Positions 1-12,031 of a stretch of 64,000 nucleotides of DNA are shown piece after piece. The notes under the pieces are model-generated. The model was not told where the DNA came from. It did not search any database and saw nothing but the letters and a program-made list of their open reading frames with translations. Where the stretch lies: assembly GCA_010405405.1 (NCBI GenBank), contig MU004230.1, forward strand, positions 3,320,627-3,384,626, given 5' to 3'. The position numbers and the translations under genes were made by a program. Position 1 is the first letter of the stretch, and the number at the start of each line of letters is the position of its first letter. This stretch comes from Microthyrium microscopicum. Taxonomy: Eukaryota.

Positions 1-3000
1 AATACTATTAGCTACTTACTAGAATATATAATAATAATTATTAAGCTTTAACTCTAATTTTAATAAACTTTCTTAGGCTACTAGTTTATAGAAGAGTTAT
101 AGTCTTATTTAAGATAGATATAATATTAGTTAATAGGAAATAACTTAAGAAGAGTTAATAAAGTTAATTATTAGGCCGCTAGGTACTTAAGAGTAAAGGT
201 AGTAAGCCCTTTAATATCTAGACTATATCCTTCTAAGACTCTTTAATTAAGAGTAACTCTATTTTTTTCTTCGTACATAATATAGTTATCTATATCCTTA
301 TTATTAAATTTATAATAGCGCTCTAATAACTTCTTACTATTATACTTACAAAGAGGGTAGCCTTTATTAAAGTTAACTTTCTAAACTAATTACTTATTCT
401 CTCCTTATTCTTTCTTAATCTTTACTCTATTTATCTCTTTTAAAGCTCTTAAAGATATATCAATTTTTTTAGCATTATTTAAAATATAAATAGGCTAGTA
501 ATGCTCTCTCTATTTAGTACTATTTATCTAAATAAAGCTTGCCTTAGTCTTACTTATGCTTTTAAGAATTCTTCTTACTTACCTATATAATTTCTATAGT
601 CTACCTTAAAAGCGTATTAATAATATTAATACGCCCTTACTTTCTAAAAGATTTAAGTTACTAAACTTAACTAATAAGCCTATTATATTACTATCGTAAT
701 CTATATATATTTTTATCTTCTTTACTTTTAAATGTGCTCTAAAAATATCTAACTTCTCTTTACTATCTATATAGTATTAAAGGTCCTTATAGAAGGGCTC
801 TAGGTAAGATTCTTTAATTTAATATTATATTATATTAATTTATATCTAGTTATTAGTATTAAGGATTTAATTAAATCTATAACCCTTAGAGTAAATATTA
901 TTAAGATAATATATAGGACGAAATAAAGCTTATAAATCCTTAGCTACCCCTTAGTAAACTAAGAGAGTAGCTAGAAACATATAAGCTTTATTTATTTTAA
1001 GGACTTTTTAGCTAAATCCTTTTATATTAAAATGTCTTATAAAGTAGTAACTTTAACTATAGAGTAAGATCTAGAGAAAGTTATACCTATATTAACTTAT
1101 AATTTTAATCTATCTTTCGTCCTAGATAATATACTACTAAAAGGTATACTATACTAAAAGAGGGTTAAAATTAACTTATATATACTTTCCTTAGTATTTT
1201 TAAGTCTATATCTTTTAATATTAAACCCTAACTGCCTTCTAGATAAATTAAGAGAATAATTAGGATCTAATATAGCTTTAGAGGAGCTAATACCTACCTA
1301 AATTAGGATTTTTGTTAGTCTAATATTAAGTTAGTATTCTTTTTAATAATAAAAGGAAGTAGATAAATTCTTACCTATTAGTTATCTTATTACTAATATA
1401 TGTTTCTTTTACGTAAAGCATTGCCTTAATTAATAATATAGTAGGTAGAGATCTAGTACTTTATTAGTATATATATAATTAAGTCCTTAGTAGAGATATA
1501 CTATTACGTTAGATATAACTATCTTTCTAAAAAGAAGCACTATTAGCTATACTTTAATTAATATCTATAATATATACCTAAGTTTATAATTAGCTTTAAT
1601 CTATTAATATAATACTATCCTTATAGATAAAAGACTTCCTAAAAAGATAAAAGAACTAAATATATAATAAGCATCTAGGGTAGGTAAAGTAGTATACTTA
1701 CTTTACTATCCTAGGTATAGTAATAATAAGTAAAAGTAAATATATTAAAAAATAACTACTAAAATAAATAGGGATGCTAAAAGTAATCTCTACTATCTTA
1801 AAGTAGATTAGTAGATAATAGAGTAAATTTAGGACTTACCTAAAGCATAGGTTATAAGCTTAAATCTAGCAAAGGATAGCTTATAATATACTTTTTATGT
1901 TTTTATTTTTATTAGTTATAATATATAAAATATAAGCCTACTATTCTATATCCCTAGATATTCTAAATAAACCCTTAGTTTATTCTTAAAGTCACTAATC
2001 ATTACTAGGTAACGAGGTAGATAGATATATAAGCCTTATAAGTTAAAAGTTTAACTACTTAGATTTTATAACATCTTTTTATAAATAAGCATAACGATTA
2101 GTTAGTAACTACTATAGCTAGTAATATATTTTTAAATGTTAGCTAACTCTAAGCTACTCTTTTACTACTTAATTATCTAGTATTTAGATATATACTATAG
2201 TTGCTACTTCTACTTACTAGGGACTAGTACTTTTTAACTTAAAGAGAACGTTACTTAAATAAAGATATTTAGAAGTAGTTAACTAGCCTGCCTCTATATA
2301 TTAATAAACTAATAATAATGTTTATTAATATCTATTTATATTATCTAGTATATATTAATAGAAAGTATATCTTTACCTTTCTCATAATATACTACTAATT
2401 ATATATTAAGTAATAAAGTTTCTCTATTTTTTTAGAGGCTTCTATATCTATATTCTTTTAATAATAATATTTACTACTTTAGATTAATAATATATACTAA
2501 GATTTCTATCTAAGGAAAAATTAAGTATATTTAAAGTATAACTACTAGCTAATAAATAATATAGTTAAATTACCTTAATAAGGCTACCTAGAGTCCTTAC
2601 CTAATAAACTTAACCTTCTTAGAAAAGATATATACTTTATACTAAAGTAAAGAGTATAACCTCTATTATGTATTAGAGCTAACGTATTAGATATGCTTAT
2701 TAATACTAGATTAAAGTAGGATTACTTTTTGTAAATAAGAATACTTTTAGTAAAATTAAGAGCCTATAGTTTATATAGGTTAATAATTCTATAACCTACT
2801 TATACTATTTATATTATTCCTAATATAGTGCTTATGCTTCTTAAGGATATAGGGTAGCGTATAGAATTATCTCTATATATAATAATAATAAGGCTATAAT
2901 AATATTAGAAAGTCTTTAGAGAGCTTAGTTTAAATAAAAATTATAATAGAAAATTATAGTAGTTAGCTTTAGTTTTTAGGTAATCTTTCTTCTAATTGCT

Positions 3001-5930
3001 AACTTGCTAGTATTTAGTTTAGATAGTATTTAAATAATATACTAGTTTTTAACTAACTTTCCCCTATATTATAAAATATAAGCTCCTTTAATATATAGAA
3101 TGACTTAATTACTATATCTTAGACTAGAGTATAACTACTATATAAGCATAATAGGTTATATAGAACTATAGCCTTAGGAGAGTATTATTAATAAAATAAG
3201 TAAAGGAAGAATAAGATTAGACTTAAAAGGTATACTAGAATTACTTTATTATAACTAGTAAGCCTATCTATAAGATAAAATCTCTAAATAAGAAAGTAAT
3301 TAGTTATTATTAATAAGCCTACTATAGATAGTAGTCTATAATAGGCTATAACTAATAAAGGGTAGTAATATTATTTATATTCTATATATAGTGTCTCTAA
3401 ATAGTAAGTAGTTATAGTATTTAGTATAACTAAAATACTAATTAATTAATAGTTAAAAACTACTTATATTGCTATGAATTAACCTAGCGCGATGTAATAT
3501 ATTAATATAGAACGTATTAACGTTAAAGACGTTAAGACTTTTTTTTAAAAGAAAAAAATTAATATAAAAAATACCTTACTATTTTAATCTTCTCTAGAAA
3601 GCGTATTAGAGAAGGGTAACTAATAAAGTATAATAAGATATCTTTAATAATAAATACTAAAGCATAAATAGTTATAAAGATTATTATAATATTATTGCTT
3701 TAAAAGGGTCCTAATATTAATTAAGATCTACTAAGATGCCTTTGTAGCAATTTTACTAAGTATTAGTATAAATATACTACTTAATAAGCTTTATTATAGA
3801 AAGCTCTACTTACCTAAGTAATACGTAGTATTAAATAATACTACTTAGTAATAAAAAGGCTTTATAGCTATCCTAGCTAATTAATACCTATATATCTAGA
3901 AAAGTAGACTAGGTTATAGAGATAGGTTAGACTAGTAATCTCTAATCTCTACTAGTTTTAGCCGCCTTAAAGTTAAGTAATTATTAAATAGTACTTTAAA
4001 AAGTAACTATAAGTTATTCTTTTTGTTTTACTAAAATATATATATGTAATAAGTAAAATAATATCTTAATCCCTTATGTAACAAGTAAAATAATATCTTA
4101 ATCTCTTATGTAAGGTATCTCTCTACGAAAGGTAGATACTTTAATATATTCTAATAAGTTATTCGTAGAGCGCGTACTATAAGTAAAATACTAAGTATTT
4201 TACTATAAGGTATCTTACTATACGTATTCTCTTAAGTAGTCCTTAGGGAGGAATAGCATAGTAAGCTTTATAATTAATTTTACGCGCGTAGAAGTATACT
4301 ACACTAGAGAGTATAAGATTAAGAGCAGAAAGAGCCTTTTAGCTAAGAAGGCTTACTCTATAGTAGTAAGATATTATTCCTAAAGTAATACTTACTACTA
4401 GATTATTATAGCAAGACTACGTAGGTATAAAACTACTATATAGTATAAGCTTAATATTATTATAGATTCTACGTAATTTTTAACGTTACGTATTAAAATT
4501 TACTATAATTTTACCCCTTTTTTTCTATAAAAGAGCTAAAATTGCTAAGTTCCTCTACTTATCTAGCTCTTAATATAGCTATAAAGAAACTTAGTAAGAC
4601 TTAAGTGCATATATTACTTACTATATAAACTAGCTTAGCGCTACTTAGATATAATGGCTAGATTAGAGTTATAGTCTTCTTCTTACTTAATACTAAAAAA
4701 TCTTACTTTACTAAACCTTCTTTACTATAATTCTATTACCTAATCGTGTTAGTTATGCTTAATTTAATAAGGAAAGATAAACTTATATATAATTTAGCCT
4801 TATAAGATTATTATATAGTAGCACTAACTATCTTAGCGTTAATCTTATACTATTTTTTTGCTTTTTTTATATTCTTATAGGAATAGTGTTCTATAATAGT
4901 AGGCTAGCCTCTTAGATATTTAAGTATAGATATATTTTATAAAATAATTAGTATTTATAAGGAATACTTACGCCTCTAGCGTTAGTAGTTCTACTAATTA
5001 GTAAGCTAAATAGTATATATAATAGTTTAGTACGCAAGCTAAGGGATATAGGCTTACTAAAACGTAACTTTACCTTATGTAATATAAATAAAGAAGTCTA
5101 AAATACTCTATATTAATGTCTTAAAGCTTACATAATTATATTAAAAGCTAGAAATTACTTTTAGGGATATAAATTAGTAGTAGAGGAGTATTAGAAAACG
5201 TTATAGCTAAAGGAATAGAAGTTTTTAGCAACTTAGACTTACTAAAAGTTAGTAAAGTAGTTATAAGTAAAAAGAACAACGCGCTAGAATAATATTATTT
5301 AGTAAGGGATTACGCCCTCCTTGCTATTAAGATATAACGCTTAACCTAAAAGGATAATATATAAAGGAATAACTTAAGAACTTATAAAAGAAATAATACC
5401 CTAAAAGGGATATTATAGCTAAGGCTTACCTATAAGCTAATTTAGTAAGGAACTACTACTACTAAGCTTTACTAAACTTTACTATAGTTATAAATCTATA
5501 ACTTTGCTTTTATCCTTCTAAGGAAGAAGCCCTATAGTGCTTACCCTAATTAAAACCCTTGCGTAGTATTATTTTATTTATTAAAGCTATTTTAGAGGAG
5601 ATATTATAAATATAGTCTTCTTAAAGAATATTTCCTTACTAAATTTAGTAAGCTTCTCTATAAACTAATATCTTTGCTTATAATATATCTTTATAACTAT
5701 ATTAAAATTTATATATAGCTTACTATACCCTTTTATATAAGCTATAGTATTATATAAGGGTACTGCCTTACTAATAATTAGTAACTTTCTCGCTTTTAAA
5801 GATATTTTATAGTACTACGTAACTAAAAATAAATCTCCTTAAAAATACCTTCTAAAAATAGCCCTTACTAAGGGGAGTCTAGAATAAGTCTCGAAATTAT
5901 TATAAATAGGGGAATGCGTCGCTAAATTAG
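1..5930. mobile_element. AT-rich RIP-degenerated repeat/transposon relic; family not assignable
   Basis: Extreme AT content, TpA everywhere, CpA/TpG almost absent, and stops in all frames. This is the classic repeat-induced point mutation signature. Composition returns to normal at ~5.9 kb. Confidence 0.85.
4043..4113. repeat. 32-bp tandem duplication inside the RIP block
   Basis: TATGTAA(T/C)AAGTAAAATAATATCTTAATC(C/T)CT at 4043 and 4075, then a partial third TATGTAA at 4107. Confidence 0.85.
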
Positions 5931-7132
5931 AATTGTGGTTGAGATTTGGGGGTTGTAGGATTTGGTTTTGGTGTTCTCTGATGTGAACAGGTTGGCCGCT
6001 ATTACGCGTCATAACTTGTTCCCCCACCCCCACACTAAAGGGAGATGGGTGAATAATTTTTGACCCGCCATCACTTTCATGGAATCGTCCACAGACTCAC
6101 AGTCCAAGAAGACTCTATTTCCGGCCAAGATTGCTTGCGATTGCTGGCCGTCGCTGAAGAGCTTGGGCCGAAGCATCGTTTGATGAGCCACTGCCATCAG
6201 CTGCCTCAAGTTCCCGAACCCAGACCCACGTCTGCAACATCTCCTGGCTTTCGCCGGCGTCTGGGGAAGAGGTGGGAGTTTAATCAAGCGTAGATGAAGA
6301 CCTCTAATTATGGACTGCGACTGGCAGGTCCATCCATGTCCAGCCTCATCAACTGTTCGCATCAACAGTCCAGGCAGCGAAAAGCAACCACAAACCATAA
6401 GCTTGAGAAGATGTACCTGAGGCGTAGCGAAGGCCAAACAAGCTCAACTACAACGAAGATTGATCAGTAGATGTCTAATTCGCTGCAGGTCTCTCCATGA
6501 TAGGTACTGGTACTTGTGGCCGTTGCAGCTAAGTCCACGAATGAAGGCATCGGATGCCTCTCCATGCTTCAACGATCCTGTGCCTGACAAGGATGGAGGA
6601 GTGATGGCGCGTCCAAGAAACTTCACAACGCGACCCCCGCAAAAGACCTTTAGTCTGTCAGAATATGAAGACGGTCAAGGGCTTCGCCCTCCGGCCAAGG
6701 CCCAAGGCCCACAAAAGGCTTGCAAGTTTAGTCTGCCCAACGCTGCCTCTGTAATAACAATAACATGGACTTTGGGGAAAAGCATGACGATCCAGGGCCA
6801 TCTTAATTCTCAAGGTCTCCCTAGTCTGAAGAGTAGTCTCTCTTAGGGGTCGGGAAGACTTACTCCACTCGTTTGGTCTTCAGGCTGCGTTTGATGCCAT
6901 TGCTAACACTTGTCACCTGCGCCCCCACACTTTCCTCCCATCTCACGATGTCATCTTTAATATTTAAACTGCTGCTAATCCCCTTCTTTCCAAAGCATCA
7001 TTCATAACATTAGTTTCTTCATTCTACCTTTGTGCCTTGCGTTGTGGTTGTTGCTTTGCTATCCACCCTTTCAGCTTCAGCCCTCTTCAGCCTTGCTCTA
7101 CCAATTGCACACTTTCTAAACAACACTTGATC

Positions 7133-8242
7133 ATGTCACCACATCTTGACACTCCTGAATCTACTTCTCCAATGGGAAGCTACTCAATGCCATCTCAATT
7201 CACTTCATCCATGGGCCATGGCTCAGTGAGATCGCCGCTATACAGGCAATATCACGATAATTCGGAAACCAGCTCAATCAATTCCATAGACTCCCATAGT
7301 CACCGGTCAATGGTTCCAGGCATCTATGTTCCAACGGTTGCCTTTTTCGACCCGGAGACTGAAGAATTGGACCTGGACACGATATCATCCCACGCCATAA
7401 GGCTAGCAGCCGCCGGTGTACAAGGAATAGCCACCCAAGGCTCGAATGGTGAGGCGGTCCATATGACCCACCGTGAACGCAATCTCGTCACTTTTACCAC
7501 ACGCAAAGCTCTGGACCGTGCCGGACACTCAGACATGCCAATCATCGTCGGATGCGGTGCTCAATCCACAAGAGAAGCCATTGAGCTCTGTCACGACGCT
7601 CACACTGCCGGCGGCGACTTTGCGCTTGTACTCCCCCCATCTTACTACATCGGTCTGCATGCCAAGTCCACCGTTATGGAGTTCTTCCGCGACGTGGCTA
7701 CCGCCTCACCAATTCCCATCCTCATCTACAACTACCCACCTGCAGCCGGTGGCATTGATCTCAACTCAGACGCAATCATCGAGCTATCCAAGCACCCCAA
7801 CATCGCCGGCTGCAAGCTAACCTGCGGCAACACCGGAAAACTAAACCGAATAGCCGCTGCAACACGTGCAGTAACCCTCGAAGACCCTGGTTCTGGATTC
7901 ATGTGCATGGGGGGTTCAGCAGACTTCCTTCTCCAGACCCTTGTTGGAGGCGGCTCAGGCATCATTGGAGGTTTCGCCAACATTGCGCCAAAGGCATGCG
8001 TTAAGCTCGTCAATGCCTTTGAAAAGGGCAATCTCAAGGAAGCGCGCCGACTGCAAGCTATAGTCGCTCGAGGCGATTGGGCTGCGATTCAAGGCGGCAT
8101 CATTGGCACGAAAAGTGCTATGCAATCCCACTTTGGATATGGTGGTTACTGCCGCAAGCCACTTCCTCGACCCAATAAGGAGGAGACAGCGAGATGGCGT
8201 GAGGCTTTTGAGGAAACCATTGCGCTCGAACAAGCATTATAA
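7133..8242 (+). CDS. DHDPS/NAL-family class I aldolase (L-threo-3-deoxy-hexylosonate or 4-hydroxy-2-oxoglutarate aldolase-like)
   Basis: Intronless ORF with first ATG at 7133. Motifs PGIYVPTVAFF, QGSNGE, IYNYP (catalytic Tyr) and GCKLT (Schiff-base Lys). Confidence 0.9.
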   Translation: MSPHLDTPESTSPMGSYSMPSQFTSSMGHGSVRSPLYRQYHDNSETSSINSIDSHSHRSMVPGIYVPTVAFFDPETEELDLDTISSHAIRLAAAGVQGIATQGSNGEAVHMTHRERNLVTFTTRKALDRAGHSDMPIIVGCGAQSTREAIELCHDAHTAGGDFALVLPPSYYIGLHAKSTVMEFFRDVATASPIPILIYNYPPAAGGIDLNSDAIIELSKHPNIAGCKLTCGNTGKLNRIAAATRAVTLEDPGSGFMCMGGSADFLLQTLVGGGSGIIGGFANIAPKACVKLVNAFEKGNLKEARRLQAIVARGDWAAIQGGIIGTKSAMQSHFGYGGYCRKPLPRPNKEETARWREAFEETIALEQAL

Positions 8243-8774
8243 ATGCAAAACACTAATCCAAACCACTCGGTTTTTGCATTGGCGCAATGGAATTTTTGAG
8301 ACTGGAGTCCTGATTTGTTGGTTCTGCTTTCTAGTGCTTTGAAAAGGTCTTGTTCACCGGATGCGAACAACTTTTAGCAACAACCTGGCATTTACATGCA
8401 TATTTCAGAGAGGCGTCATTTTGGGACATTGTCTGTCCAATGTCTCGTAATTTTGGGAGGTATTTTTGAAATTTTCAACAGTTTGATGGGAAGACAAAAA
8501 ATTCATGGGTTCTTCACCTGAACACACCGCATTGGAAGGAGCTTTGATATCATATTTTGGGGATCTACCATGTACTTGGAAGTAACATGAATTTACATGG
8601 TGTAATTACACTTTTCAATTTTTCTTGAAGTTCATTGTGACTGTACTATTGTTTGAATGATGCCTTCAATCTGCACTCAATGATCATCATAACTCCATTA
8701 ATGTAGAATGACATATGACCAACTGTGCCTGCTTATGCACTGCCAACCAAGTAAATTCACTTATGTAATTATCC

Positions 8775-11560
8775 AAGATGACTTTGGTCAATCAGTTCGT
8801 CGGCACTGTAAGTTGGTCGATCGCCAAATTGATAGTGGCAGTTTGCACCTGTTCTACACTAATCCACCAGTTTCGAAATTGCACGTAAGGTAGCCGATTA
8901 CCTGTTAGCCAAACGGCCGTTGTGGAATTGACAGCTATCTTTGATGTGCATCGAATTGCGCACCTGATGCAACCGGAGTCGGTGATAAAATACTGCAGCG
9001 GCAAGGAATCTTGGAAAGCGGTGTGATAAGTTGGCCCAGCAAGATATCACTTTTGGCCGTCCACGCCGTCAATCACCACTTTAGATTGCAATCACTTCAT
9101 TTCCAAGCAATGTTCTTATCTTTTAAATGCGCAGCAGCTGGACTTTGGTTCTCTTATTATAGATACTAAACTTGGAATCTGTAGTTCATTTGCGGCATCT
9201 TGCGGCAAGGCTACTTTGCTTTGCCGCATATACCACAATTGGAAGGACGTCAAGTTTAGTGTCGTCTATTCTTGCTTAGAGAGGATAGTACGAAAGCCAG
9301 CAACGTAAGGCATGATTACCAGAGCAAAGATTATATCCAGGTCTGTGATTGGAGAGTTGGGGGCATGTCTTTTGCGATGTCCTGCATGTAATTTGCAAGG
9401 GCAGAATACTGGTTGGTCGATCATATCTCTCTGTAAGGAGTCACGCTAGAAGCCCCTCGTTGCTGATGTTTTGGCTGGGTAATACCTGTAAACTTGATGG
9501 TCACGATGGTCAAGTTTTTGCTAGACTACTACTTGGGCTTATATTCGCAATTGATGTTGTTGTATTGTCTGCAGTAGCGTCGGACTTTGTTTCAACGGCA
9601 CCAACGCTATGTTTTTTAGCTGATGACCTTGACCGTCTTCAACTCTCGCCGCAAAAAGCTGGGGCGCAGAGTGTGGGTCCTTGATACTGGAGAAACCCGA
9701 TCACCCAATGGCGTGGATCTGATGCGCTCGCGTCACGCTGCCATAAGGGGTCGCAAGGCTGGACGAGAGTTGACGTGGGAGGTTACCGTACCGTATGCTG
9801 GGAAAGAGATACTGTACCTTCCCTCTAATCGAAAGCGTTTGCGGCTCCAAAGATGAAGAGGAAACTTTCATATTTTATTCTTTCTCGTATTACAACCCAG
9901 TCCATTCCAGCGGGTTCCGACTGTATCAAGTGAACCGGCGATTTGGTGCGATCCAAGGTCCAGACCGTTGGCATCGTTTGCACGATTGGGATGGTGGTGT
10001 GGTGGTGTGGGATTACTCACGCCACTCTCACGCGCTGCCAAAGTGGTGACCTGAGCTCGCTTCAATGTTGCTTCTGAGAGGGCTACCGGTAACATCTAAG
10101 CGCCAAATATCGAACCTGTTTGGTACTGTACATACCCGCGAGGGATTAGGTGACCTGAGGTGTTTCGCCACAGTGCATTTACCCCTTAGTTTAGATTACG
10201 CCTGACAGCGCCATGAAAACGTTTGACAAACCCTTCCACGTGCACGTAATCAATTCAATGTTCAATAACAAGAAGCCGTTGTAGCGGCGTACTTTGTTGA
10301 GCAACGAAAGATCAGGACCCCGTGTTTGTGGGCGAGTTGACCGAGCCCCAAACCCCGAAGGGAGGGGGACTGAGCGTTCCTGAAGATAAGCTCTCTAAGC
10401 CCAGGGTAGATATGAAATCCCCTCGGAGTGAGCTTGCGAGCGTGAGAGTCACGATAGAAGGGAGAGGTGTTGCTGACCTGAAGATGGAAAGAACCCTTTC
10501 GACTTAGCGTTAAGGGGGCCAAGAGCGTTATTTACAGCCACTGAGGCGAAACACCTCAGCTCAGGTGCTACCTCCATACCCGCCGTTGGCAACGTTGGTT
10601 CTCCTTCTCGTGGGGAAGATTAGCGTGGGGCGTAAAGGTAAATTGAGTGGAGCCTCATATTCAGTGATGCAACTGATTATTCTCTCAACCTCGTTGGATA
10701 GTTCGATGTTGCTCCTTTTGCTTCTTCTACAATACTTCCTCTTTACCATGCCTGTTCACGCCTGGTTCTGCAATAATCAACATTATACGCTAGGCGGCCA
10801 ATGATATAACGCGGGTTCTTACGTGGATCGATATCTCGCAGATTGAATTGAAAGTTGAAACATGCAAGAAAAGCGCGAGCTGCAGGAGACTGCGCTTCTT
10901 CCCCCAACGACTGGCAACTGCAGAACACTCCATGTCCTATCTCTAGCTCCGCGTAAATATCAGCAGCATGCGGCCTTGGACAAATCTCTCCTCAAGGACA
11001 AGATGCAACAGGGGAGCAATGTGCTGATAGCAGATGCAGTGGGGATACGTTATTGTTACCTCTCTGTACATCAGTCGTCATGCAACTGACAGCTCAACAA
11101 GCTGTATCCCAATGTAGCTGATATATCCGTCTGTACTGCATGATCAAGCCACGTTGAAAGCCGGTGTTGGATGAGGCCCGGAGACGCGTCAAAGGATTTG
11201 CTTCTTTTGCTGACCGACTTATTATAGCCAAGGAGCTCAGGAATAATAGGCGAAAGAATTGTGAACGTGATTTCTGATTAGCTGTTCAGCAGAGCCTCAT
11301 GGAACTTATCTCTCGAGTACTCCTGATCGGCTATCAAAAACAAATACGATCCATGCTCTTAGGTAATAAGAAAGCAAGAGGCGAAGTTCGTGGGTTTAAG
11401 GTTGACTACCTGGTAGGATGAGCAAAGGGGTGAGAACTGCAATTTCCCTCCGGCGTCATCCTGTGTGGAAATCGATCATCCCATTGCCAATAGCACAATC
11501 ACATAATGCACTTGTACCTGGCCTGAACGGTAGATAAGGACGAAAGTAAGCTTCTGTTAC
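8775..11560 (+). ncRNA. Candidate ~2.8-kb highly structured non-coding RNA of unknown family; boundaries approximate
   Basis: No credible ORF. Many hand-verified helices, several with G-U pairs on the + strand: 9201-9210/9219-9228, 9640-9648/9764-9772, 9923-9931/10118-10126, 10002-10011/10016-10025, 10155-10175/10539-10559, 10259-10268/10294-10303, 11237-11244/11270-11277. GNRA-capped hairpins at 9749-9760 and 10882-10893. Confidence 0.65.
10131..10583. repeat. Long inverted repeat (10155-10175 vs 10539-10559, extendable imperfectly to 10140/10574) flanked by the 9-bp direct repeat CATACCCGC
   Basis: CTGAGGTGTTTCGCC(A/T)CAGTG inverted pair with one mismatch. CATACCCGC at 10131 and 10575. Could be a Mutator-like MITE or an RNA helix. 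Confidence 0.6.
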
Positions 11561-12031
11561 CTGTTACACACCTAGGGGCGTATATCTAATGCCGGCTCGC
11601 ATCGACCCTGAATCTCACTACATGTTAGGAAGACATTTTCTCCAGAACTATCAAGCAATTTGCTACAAGGTCAGCATTATGTTATACATGTTCACTGTAG
11701 AGAGTGTCTTACACAACAAATTCGCGTTATACATTGTCAATCTATCTCTGAGTTGTTAAACTTGACTAACGCAAAAGTCAAAACTCAAATAATCAGCGAC
11801 GCTGATCTCCTGCACGACAACTCCGGGCAAGATAGTGACTTGGTAAGTTGGTAAGAACGGTTAGATATATAAACTTGTAAGAGGCTCAATGTGTACAATG
11901 GTATTTCTAATTATATCATGGTCTGTTATCAATGATTACTGGAATTAAATAGCCCAAATAGGTTTTATGACTCTAAACAAAAACTCCCATGAATGCAATC
12001 TCCAGGCTCCGTTAATCCATTTTGATACACT

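Noticed and set aside
1..5930. Assigning a transposon family to the RIP block
   Set aside because: Too mutated to read reliable RT, integrase or DDE motifs by eye.
9745..9780. GGTCGCAAGGCTG...TTGACG resembles SSU rRNA helix 27, and GTCCACGCCGT at ~9059 resembles 16S
   Set aside because: The matches are short and isolated, and no other universal rRNA motifs occur at the right spacing. A generic GCAA-tetraloop hairpin explains the first.
10378..10510. CTGAAGA...GAAA pairs suggesting hammerhead ribozymes
   Set aside because: Stems I-III and the NUH site cannot be formed in the required geometry.
9349..11089. Short ORFs (60-111 aa) inside the structured region
   Set aside because: Mostly non-ATG starts, no recognisable domains and no consistent exon chain.
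8775..11800. Firm call as telomerase RNA, RNase P/MRP, or a group I/II intron
   Set aside because: No CCCTAA-type template, CR-I/CR-V motifs, domain V or P/Q/R/S elements were found by eye. Telomerase RNA is kept only as an open hypothesis.
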